Shown here: piece by piece, positions 51,350 through 60,629 of the stretch
Layout: each line of letters begins with the position of its first letter
Position numbering within the stretch: position 1 is the stretch's first letter
DNA from: Flectonema sp. DT1601
Taxonomy: Eukaryota
Assembly (NCBI GenBank): GCA_964019425.1
Contig: OZ025781.1
Location: 1,178,001-1,242,000 of the forward strand
Length of the DNA stretch: 64,000 nucleotides
Direction of reading: 5' to 3'
Made by a program: the position numbers and the translations under genes
The notes under the pieces: generated by a model
Database searches by the model: none
Told to the model about the DNA's origin: nothing
Seen by the model: only the letters and a program-made list of their open reading frames with translations

Positions 51350-54300
51350 TTAATATGTTTGTCCAGGAAGTTCACTTACGTGACATCTGTTTTAGTTTGT
51401 TTGGTTTTTTTTTTTATTCTTCCAAAAAAAAAAAATATTTTCGTTGTATACATACTTTGAACCATCAGGAAGCAATACCAATCCATCAGAAGTAGGTACC
51501 CAGTCAGGATGACTTGGGTTAAGAGGTGACTTACTGTTGAATGGTGAATAACGATTCGTGATTAACTTGTAGGGATTACTTTGAACGTTGCGAGACATCT
51601 TTTTAAGCCGTTTTACCATATCTAAGGAGTGAGCTGCTGAAGGGTTTGCTTTAACCGTTTTTGGATCTGATGGATTGTAATTTGGTGATCGAGAACGGGT
51701 TCTGTGATTGCTACTCGCACTTCTCACAGACCTTCCAGGTAGAGTCGTACTGTATAAATGACCAGCTTGAGGTGCCCCAGCCATTGAAACTCTACTAAAG
51801 GTGGGAACACTAAAAGAACTATCGCTATTAGTAACAACAGCACCTGATTGTTTACTACTAAACTTATCTCTTGAACGTGGTGCTAACTGTTTAGCTGATG
51901 GAACTGAAGAACAGAATATTTCTTGATCAAATTGGCGTTTAACTCTCTTATTCATTTCTCTTTCACTACTATAGAGTACCTTAGCCTCATCAATATTATC
52001 TTGGACTCTTTGAAGATGAAGCCATTTTCGATATTCTTCAGCAACTTGTTCGTCTTCTTCAAGTCGTTTATCTTCAACAACACGAGCCCATAGAAGTTGA
52101 GCTCTGTGACGCTGTTCTTGATGTTGTTGTTCTGCTATGCGGAATCTTTGTTCATCTTCTAATCGCTCTCTCTGAAGTTGTCTTTGTTGCATTACATTAA
52201 AGTCTTCTTTTAGAACGTCTAATACTCTCAGTAGGTGTTCTTGTTCTTTTCGTTCTGTTTGAATTCTGTATCCCTCTTCAGCCATTTTAAAGTCACTTTG
52301 TTCCAAAGCGTCTCTCATTGGTCTGTCACGATGCCACTTGTCGTGAAGACCGTGTAGATCTTTTCTTTTTAAGTCTCCTAAGTGATGCATTTGATCGAGT
52401 TCTAATTTTCTAACTGCTAACCTGCTTCGCTCTTCTTCTCTAACGAGGTCTTGAAGCATTAGAGCTCCCTCGAGTAGTGATTCTTTTCGGAGTTCGTATT
52501 CTGTTCTCTTGGCGTATATTTGAGATAACAATGAACGACACGCTGACTGAATCATCGCAACTTTTTTATTGCTGCGAAGGATTGCAGTTATCCAACGAGA
52601 TCGTCGCAGATGAGCGAATTTCTGAACCAAAACAGCATGATGATTTAAAGCTCTGGTTCTGGCTTCTTCAACTACTGACCACGATTCTGATTTTAGAAAT
52701 ACTTTTGTTCTTCCAACCTGACCGAGAGTTGAATTTATATTAAGTTTCGACAACACAGTAGCAGCAGTCTTTGCGTGATCACCCGGCGTTGCGTCATTGC
52801 CAGCTATTGCTCTGTATCTGGTTATGAATTCAGTGAATGAAAGTCTCACTGAATATCCCATTTTTCTTATTCTAACAGTCTCTAAGACACCAGCTGAACG
52901 GAGTTGGTTCATTACTTCTTGTCCAGAAAACTTTCTCGGTTTCTTACTGTGATGTGGTTTCACACATCGAATCCAATGCGGGTTCGTTGCATTTATAACC
53001 GACATTAACTCTTGGAGTTGTGTTTTATAAAGACGAGATACTGTTGGTTTTCTACCGATGATTTCAACAGGTGGAGGAATGACTTCTCCAACAAATTGAT
53101 CAGCACTTCCTCTTATGATTCTCTTAATTGAGTCTTTTAGAGTATCCATATTCTTTTCTCTCCATCCATCGACGTTATACATGACAGTCGATGCGTAGTG
53201 TCGAATTCCGAATGCAGACTGGTCAATTCTGTGTTTGACATAAGAAGGATGGGATCCTTGAGCCTCTGCTAACTTACTAGCAAATGACAGGTCAGATCCT
53301 TTTCCAAGTTGAACCTCTTCGTCGAGGAGAGATAAAACACCGAGAGTCGACGTGATCAAATCAAGAGTCGGAGCATTGTCGCTAAAAATAATACTTTGAG
53401 TATTAATACCTTCGTCTTTACATTCTTGCAAGTCTTTCGTAAATATAAAATTGTTGTAGTGATTTTGCAACTGTTCATTCGTTAAATTAATACACATCTG
53501 TTCAAAACTGTTATGTTCAAAGTGCTCAAATCCAAAAATGTCCAATAAACCAATCCAGTTCGATTCCGACGAAGCGTCAATTAAACTGTTAATTTTTCCG
53601 ACTAACCACAAAAAGATATTTTCATATAAAGTTTTACACATCGATGCTTTTTGTTCAGTTGCCTTGACTAGATCTAAAGAAGTAGTAAAGGTGTCGGCAG
53701 CGACAGTTCTTGTTGTAGTTGTAAGTTCAGTATAGAGTCGATTTGGATTTATTTTTAATAAATGAGTTCCAACGAACTCAAGAAGTTCCTTATCAGAATC
53801 GGATAGACAAGCTCTTCCATCCTTCTCTCTAAATGACATATTTGTTATGTGAAGAACAGCTGCTAATATGTTATACAAAGAATCTTGTTCAGACTTACTG
53901 ATACCGACTGTCGTCATTGCATTTCTAGTGTTTAAATATTCTTCAGCATCGTTGACACCTTCAATTGTAACAGCTTTACCAGAGCTGAGTGATTTATAGT
54001 CTGTGACTCTACCGAGTCTCATTCTGATTCTGTCTTCTGCACTGGCTCCTTGAACTAATTGATAAAAAGAATGATATCCACGTTCACCTTGACTGTGTGA
54101 AATAACTCTACTCTTCTCAAGCAAGTAGGGTGTTATATGAGCTCCAACTAGTACTCCTTCGGAATTAAATCTTAATTTCATGTATTTACCAAATCTCGAT
54201 GAGTTGTCATTTCGTGTAGTTTTTGCATTTCCAAAGGTTTCTAAAATCGGAGATGTTTTATTCACTTTTAGGTTTATCTGTCTCGCAATTTCACGTTGTT

Positions 54301-54859
54301 TCGCAGTAGCAGCCATCGTGCTTAACTCTCCAACGTATTTCATTACTATTTTTACTGCTTCGGTTTTCCCAGCTCCGGATTCTCCAGAAACCAAAATACT
54401 TTGATTTTCTCTCTTAGAAACCATAAGGCAATAAGCCTGATGAGCAATTGACCACGAATGAGGTAATTGTTTTGATCCTCTAGTCAAAGCTCTTGCACCC
54501 TCTTCAAGGTATCTAGGCATACAGTCATCAGTATAGTGAGGTAGTGTGTAGTCATAAGGATTGAGTGCTAGTACAATAGGCCCAATATTAGTATAAATAA
54601 TGTTGTCGCTGTATCGTTTTCTGACATGATAAAGTAGAGTACTGTCGTGTAGGTAACTCATTCTTAATAAATCATGAATAGGTGATAGAGACGATTCGAC
54701 TACCTTATGAACGCCTAATTCCTGTACGCTATGGCGACTTCCATCTTCACCTTCGCAGCTTCTAACTTTTCCCTGAATGTCCCGAACCGTTCCAATCACC
54801 CAACTCTCTTCGGGGTGAAGGAAAAAAACTCGGTCACCCACTTCGACCGAGCTTGTCAT
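51350..54859 (-). CDS. Unconventional myosin (motor, IQ-like motifs, coiled-coil and basic tail); 2 exons
   Basis: Motifs GESGAGKT, FGNAKTTRNDNSSRFGKY, LLEKSRV, DIFGFE, WIRCVKP. Terminal intron 51387-51455, then K-CHVSELPGQTY* ending at 51350. Confidence 0.93.
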
Positions 54860-55457
54860 TTTTTTTTTTACTTTTTCCTAAAAGAAAAAAAATGATGTTT
54901 TTTTTTGGGGGGAAAAAAAAAAAAACAAAGCATTTTTTAAAAAAAACACATCGATAGCACAACAATACTCTAAAAGGAATTTAAATCTAAAGAGGAAAAA
55001 AATCAAACTCTAAAAGTAAACAGAGAAAAAAAAAACTATTCTAGACAGTATACAGGAACAAACAGAATAGAATCGTTTCAGCTATTCCACTAACAGCAAC
55101 TTACAACAGCAAAGAAAGCCTTCACCTGTTTTTTTTTTTTTCAATTTAGTCAGAGAATTAATAGCATAAATGAAATTATGCAGTTTCTCTCATTCTCTTT
55201 TTTTTAAAGCATACCTTGAGAGTTTCTCTAAATTACGAAATTGTGTCAGCGGCGAATTCTTATGAACATTTCTGTTTTTGTTGTTGTTGGTTCGATGAAT
55301 TGATAAAAAAAAATAAGAGCGACAACCAAAAGACGATCAATACCGACAGCATTAGGTTCTCAGACGCAAATGTAAATACGTCGTCGTTCCGAGTGGACTC
55401 AAAAAAGAAAAACCTCTATTAAAGATTCAGATTGAAATAACACGAAAACATACATAC

Positions 55458-55800
55458 CTGACTGTTACAGTAGACTCTGGTATATCAAACGGGAGAAGTC
55501 TTTGAATGTCATCACTCTGATAGTCTTCTTCTTCAGTTAACTTCGATTCCAGTTTTTGCAAACGAGCTTCCAACGCCTCGTTTTTTAACTCTTCCCACGA
55601 CATAGAGTTCTTGTTCTTTGGAGTCTCAGAAACTGGAGGATGATTTACGGCATTATTGTTGTTATTGTTACCACCACCACCATGTTCAGGTGTTACATTC
55701 GATAAAGGAATCAATTGAGGTGCCGAAGGATTCTTCATCTCTATTTTTGTAGTAATATCCATTAACTGAACTAGCGATGGCTGGTTCAAATACGCTCGGT
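55458..55800 (-). CDS. Internal exon of an unresolved hypothetical gene
   Basis: Open protein-like frame bounded by acceptor AACAAACAG (55801) and donor GTATGT (55457). Further splice-like sites near 55272, 55215 and 55127. Upstream exons not found. Confidence 0.5.
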
Positions 55801-56227
55801 CTGTTTGTTATTAACTTTAATAGGGATTCTCTTAAAAAGTTAAAAGATTGGTGAAATGAAGTTGTATCTAAATTCTAAGAAGAATAACAGAGGTTTTTCG
55901 CGTTTAAGAAAAACGAGTTGCACACTTCTTGGTAATCAGAATAGCCCAAATTTCCTTGCACATGAGATACCCATTCCGCATCGAGATAATACACTCGGGA
56001 TACCAAGTCACATAAGATACCAGTTAGGACAATGAGAGGTAGATGGAATACTCTCGAAACCTAAAAAAGTAATTAAAGTCCGAACCTGATGTTTTATGTT
56101 GAATTGGTAGTGTAATCTCATCTTTCTGCTCTTGTATATGTGTTGTCAACTAAGTGATCCTCAGTTAGGACTGAAAAAGGAAGATCTTCGACAGAAACAG
56201 GAATTAATAATTAACTAATTTACAAGA

Positions 56228-56336
56228 GAAAGGCCTAAGAGCCAAGGAAGAAGAGCTACAGCAACGACAACGGCTGCTCATCGAAGAACACAACAAGGAC
56301 GTAGGGAACAAGAACTTTGTCCTGCAACGCCAACTC
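56228..56336 (+). mobile_element. Decayed, inverted fragment of the retrotransposon ORF1
   Basis: GAAAGGCCTAAGAGCCAAGGAAGAAGAGCTACAGCAACGACAACGG...CTGCAACGCCAACTC aligns to the reverse complement of 62754-62871 (KGLRAKEEELQQRQR...LQRQL) with substitutions and indels. Confidence 0.8.
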
Positions 56337-56765
56337 GTTTCTTTGAAGAGTTTTTGCCAAAGTGAAAAAACGCAAGATATCCGTAAGACGTGACAAGGCA
56401 AGAAGTAAAGAGCGCTTTTATTCTTTTTTTTTATTTTATTTATTTATTTATTTATTTAGTCACATCCCCCCTGTCTTTCCACTTTATTTTTCTTCATTCT
56501 GAGCATTCTTGCCCTTCTTATTTTTTGATAAAGTAAACAAGTAAAAACAAGCGCAACTGTCCTGAGTCCGTTGGAGGACTTCCCCGGATAGGAATCTCAA
56601 GACACAGTTAATATAAAGCGAAGGATCAGTACAGGGACGGTGGCCAAAGACCACTGGGTTACCTACGAGCCATGAAGCTCTGCGGATGTCCTCAGAGAAA
56701 TTAGGAGATGGTTAAGGAGTGTGATAAGGGAGAATGATACTAATGAATTAGCAACTACCAATCAG

Positions 56766-59700
56766 TTAACAGTTTGATAAGCCTGTTCGTTGTTCCAAAT
56801 GCCATAAGTAGCCGGCTAGGGCATGAAGATTTCTCGTCGCAAACATTATTGAAAGATTTAGTTTGGTCTCGGAGATTCTCGCTTCCTGAATGTTTGATCT
56901 AATTGTTCCTTCTCTAATGCGGACCACGTCACCATCCTCGCAATCAAATATTAGATGTCTGGCAGAAGAGTCTGTTCTTTTGCAGAAGGGGCACTTTATC
57001 GGTAGTTCATTTACCCTGAGCAGGGGGTGAGAGCCCGTTCTGAACCTGGCTATCCTTATCTCTGATTCTCTCAGCATGTCCTTGGGGTATCGAGCCGCTC
57101 TCAGGCCTCCGGTAGCATCAAGATACTGCCTAAGCATCACCCGTTTGATCGGTGGTTTCGCCCTTGTTGAACCCTCCATAATCTTACCAAACAGCTTTCT
57201 GTTAGCTTCCCTCGTTATCCTTGACTTATGTGCGAAGAAGTCCATAGTCGTTGACACCGGCTTGCTCTTAACATCTTTTGAAATCTTTTTCGCCAGTTCA
57301 TCTGCCTTGTCATGCGGTTCAATTCCCACGTGAGCTGGGATGAATTGAAGGTGTACGAATGAGTCTAATTTTCTTATCCCTTCTAGTATCGAGAGAGAGT
57401 TCAGCTTCCTCTGAGCCGCAATTCCACCACGCAGCTCATCCAGATTGGATTTAGAATCACTGAAGACTCTCGTGATTCCAGATCTGGGACCCAAGACAGA
57501 GGTTGCTTTTCCAAATTCACTTATTAACAGCTTCAGAGTTACCTGTTCAGCTTTATAACTACTTTCCGTTGCAACAAGTCTCGATGCCATGGTCCGTTCA
57601 CACGGCGTGATCTGCACTGCTGCTGCGCCTGCCGTGTAGTTGACAGGGTCGTGGGATCCGTCAACAAAAATGGACGAGGTACATGGCCTAAGTTCGCTGC
57701 AGTACTCCTCGAACTTAGCCTTGTCCACTTCAGCAACACCGGTCTTCGAATGTCCATATCCGCAAGATATCTCCAGGTTCGGAACATCTATCCATGGCTC
57801 GATGCTGTCAGGCATGACAATCCCCTGGATCTCCATATTTCGGTCCTCGGCCGGTAAAGTTGAACTCCAAGTTCCACTAGCGATCCCCTTCGTAGAAGGA
57901 ACCCAATCCAGTGATCGATACCTGAACAAAGCTATCCTGGCCTGCTTCTCAATCTGCAGTCTCATCGGGAGTATGTTCGCCTCCCACAGTAACGGAAGGG
58001 ACCTTGTGTTGAAGCCGCAGCCGGTGATCTTTCTAGCTATCTTCCTCAGATTCAGGTCAATAGGTTTTAGCTGTTCATCTGTCAAGAAAGGTCCATAGCT
58101 CTCAAGCCCATACAGAATCCTTGAGAGGATGTATAAGTTCTTGATCATGTTCAGCGTTTTGAAATCAAAGTTGAATTGCTCCAACTTTCGAAGCAGTACA
58201 AGTCCCTTCCTCGTCTCATCCATTAGTTTATCCACTTGTGTACCATATGTAAGGTCATCGTCAATATGGACACCCAAGTACTTTACACTATCCACCATCG
58301 GCATGAGTACGGCAGTCAGCAACTTCACCCAGGTCGGATCCGGTCCCACTGGCATCAGTTCTAGAAGTTCACTTGCCTTCGTAACCTCCGTGTCACCCAG
58401 CTTGAGGATCATCGCCCCATTTCCAAGTAATGGCCTACCTTCTTCATTTGACCGAATCATCCCAGCCAGTTCCTCCCTACTGATCCGAAAGAGGTTCTCT
58501 CCTGACGTTCTGGGGAATCCCAGTCTCCAATACATATTCCTAGGACAATCCACCGGCATCCCGCAGGTCTTCGAAACCGACAGTGCCATGTCATTATCTT
58601 TGCACCAACGATCCACTAACCCGAGGACCAATTGCGCCATCCGGTAAGTTACTTTAAAATCCTTATTCGAGACCACACAAGCTGTGTCGTCTGCGTAGAG
58701 TGCTGAAACACATCCAGTCTTCTCAAGTTTCTTAGCCAGGTCGTCGACATATATCAGATAAAGGAGAGGCCCAACAATCGACCCTTGCGGAACACCTTTC
58801 GTCACAGTTCTGTATGCGCTCAGATTGCCATTGACACTAACCTTTGCCTTCCTTCGCGTCAGAAAGTTAGCGACCCATCCGATGAATGGTGAAGGAATCC
58901 CCATCGCCACCATTTTAGCAATCAGTTTAACATGATTTATCCTATCAAAAGCCTCAGTGAAGTCGAAAGAGAGCAGTATCGAACTCTTACCACCTTTTCT
59001 CGCACCATGAAGCGCATTGACCAGCAGTGAGATTTGCTCGCAAGTATTCCTACCCCTTCTGAAACCTGCCTGGATGGAGGACAAGGCATTATTTGACGTC
59101 AACCAATACATTAGCCTGTCGTAAATTATCCGTTCAAGCATTTTGCCGACTACAGATGTCAACGTGATCGGCCTGTAGCTGGATAGCTTTTCTTTGGGTT
59201 TACCCGGTTTGTATACCGGTTTAATCATACCCTCTTTCCAAACTTTTGGTACCTTAGCCGCGAGCCAGGAGTCGTTAAACACCGATAAGAGAAATCTTCT
59301 ACCGGTTGCGGAAAGGTTCTTGAGCATCGCCCCGTGGATTCCATCAGGACCCGGGGCCTTTCCCGCCTTTATTTTCTTGATTGCACGCTCAAGCTCAGAC
59401 ATTACTAGAGGTCCACAAACACCCACGTAATCATTCGGCTTCAGCTTAGGAGATTTCAATCGTTTCCTGACAGAGGTCTTCACGAATTGCTCAAGGAATT
59501 TAATAGGGAGTTGGTCCTCACTGAATTCAGGGATTTGAATCTCCTGACCCCCATCGGCATCCAGGTCTTTAATTTTCTTAAAAGCAAACGCAAATCCTTC
59601 ACCCTGAGCCAATTTCTCGGCAACGAATTTTCCCTTCGCTTGTTTAGTCTCTGGAGTCGAAGCATTCCACATTCGCCTCCTCTTACCCTGGATCCTAAGC

Positions 59701-60629
59701 CGTCTTCGGATGTTTTTCTTCGCCACATGAAGCAGGATACGGTTAAATGTTGCTGCCCTGATACCCACCTTCGGCATACTGTTCACCTTGCTTAGTCGGT
59801 AGTCCAGATCGCATCGGAACGAAAGCCAATCAGCTGTATTGAAGTCCCAGACCGATTTTTTCGAGGCTTGGTTGTTCACAGTCTCCAGAGGTGAGAACGT
59901 ATCAAAGACAGCAGCAAGTGGTAAGTGATCAGACCCATGTTCGGTACCATCACCAATAAGCCCGAAGTGTAACAATTGTAATTCCTCATGGTGGAGAATA
60001 ACATCCGGCGAAGTACCGTGTCTCGGCAACGTTGCAAATCTCGGATCGTTTGCTATCAGGAGGTTATTCGATTGGCTCCAGCCCAGGAGTTGGCATCCCT
60101 TCGTGTCCGTTTTCTTCGACCAGAGTTTATGATGAGCGTTGAGGTCTCCAGCTATTATGAATCTTTCGTCACTCCTCAGAGGGAATAGATCAAAGTCTAT
60201 CTTAGAGCTTGGTGGCGAGTATATATTGAGAATATTTACCTCATCATTGATTCTAACACCCAATGTCTCTACAATTCCTCTTGCCGCCGGGATACTAACT
60301 TCATAGCATGCGTGCTGAATACCTCTCTTTACCATAGTGATGATTCCACCACCTCTACCCGGTCTATCTCTTCTATACGTTATATAGTTCCAGTGGAAGA
60401 GAGGTTTTCGTACTGAGGTCTCCTGGAGGCATAATACGTCGGGACAATACTTGCTCAGGGTGTAGCCAATGAACTCCTCCCTTCCATTAATTGTTCTGCA
60501 GTTCCAGCTTATGACTTTCAGCTCCGAGGAGGGTCCATCCTGCCGGCGTCTTGGTCCAGGGTTCCTTTCAACGTCACCAGCCAGCAGTAGTAGACGCCTA
60601 CGCGTTTCCGCCCAGTCCCGTCCATCATG
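56766..60629 (-). CDS. Retrotransposon ORF2: 2A peptide, AP endonuclease, reverse transcriptase, RNase H, CCHC finger (no initiator ATG)
   Basis: The frame stays open upstream of the track's 60335 start: ...LLLLAGDVERNPGP...LKVISWNCRTING..PDVLCLQET..GRGGGI. Further motifs GDLNAH, GSDHLP, YRPITL, QGS, YADD, KYLG, VDGS, FSDSKS, FIPAHVGIEPHDKADELAK and CPFC..HLIFDC. Confidence 0.92.
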   Translation of the reverse strand, partial: HDGRDWAETRRRLLLLAGDVERNPGPRRRQDGPSSELKVISWNCRTINGREEFIGYTLSKYCPDVLCLQETSVRKPLFHWNYITYRRDRPGRGGGIITMVKRGIQHACYEVSIPAARGIVETLGVRINDEVNILNIYSPPSSKIDFDLFPLRSDERFIIAGDLNAHHKLWSKKTDTKGCQLLGWSQSNNLLIANDPRFATLPRHGTSPDVILHHEELQLLHFGLIGDGTEHGSDHLPLAAVFDTFSPLETVNNQASKKSVWDFNTADWLSFRCDLDYRLSKVNSMPKVGIRAATFNRILLHVAKKNIRRRLRIQGKRRRMWNASTPETKQAKGKFVAEKLAQGEGFAFAFKKIKDLDADGGQEIQIPEFSEDQLPIKFLEQFVKTSVRKRLKSPKLKPNDYVGVCGPLVMSELERAIKKIKAGKAPGPDGIHGAMLKNLSATGRRFLLSVFNDSWLAAKVPKVWKEGMIKPVYKPGKPKEKLSSYRPITLTSVVGKMLERIIYDRLMYWLTSNNALSSIQAGFRRGRNTCEQISLLVNALHGARKGGKSSILLSFDFTEAFDRINHVKLIAKMVAMGIPSPFIGWVANFLTRRKAKVSVNGNLSAYRTVTKGVPQGSIVGPLLYLIYVDDLAKKLEKTGCVSALYADDTACVVSNKDFKVTYRMAQLVLGLVDRWCKDNDMALSVSKTCGMPVDCPRNMYWRLGFPRTSGENLFRISREELAGMIRSNEEGRPLLGNGAMILKLGDTEVTKASELLELMPVGPDPTWVKLLTAVLMPMVDSVKYLGVHIDDDLTYGTQVDKLMDETRKGLVLLRKLEQFNFDFKTLNMIKNLYILSRILYGLESYGPFLTDEQLKPIDLNLRKIARKITGCGFNTRSLPLLWEANILPMRLQIEKQARIALFRYRSLDWVPSTKGIASGTWSSTLPAEDRNMEIQGIVMPDSIEPWIDVPNLEISCGYGHSKTGVAEVDKAKFEEYCSELRPCTSSIFVDGSHDPVNYTAGAAAVQITPCERTMASRLVATESSYKAEQVTLKLLISEFGKATSVLGPRSGITRVFSDSKSNLDELRGGIAAQRKLNSLSILEGIRKLDSFVHLQFIPAHVGIEPHDKADELAKKISKDVKSKPVSTTMDFFAHKSRITREANRKLFGKIMEGSTRAKPPIKRVMLRQYLDATGGLRAARYPKDMLRESEIRIARFRTGSHPLLRVNELPIKCPFCKRTDSSARHLIFDCEDGDVVRIREGTIRSNIQEARISETKLNLSIMFATRNLHALAGYLWHLEQRTGLSNC
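60552..60599 (-). other. 2A-like ribosomal StopGo peptide RRLLLLAGDVERNPG|P
   Basis: Exact match to the D(V/I)ExNPGP consensus with an upstream leucine run. The Pro codon is at 60554-60552. Confidence 0.9.

Noticed and set aside
60518..60628. Stop-restart at TGACATG as the way to initiate ORF2
   Set aside because: The ATGs at 60628 and 60625 are out of frame with ORF2 and close after a short ORF.
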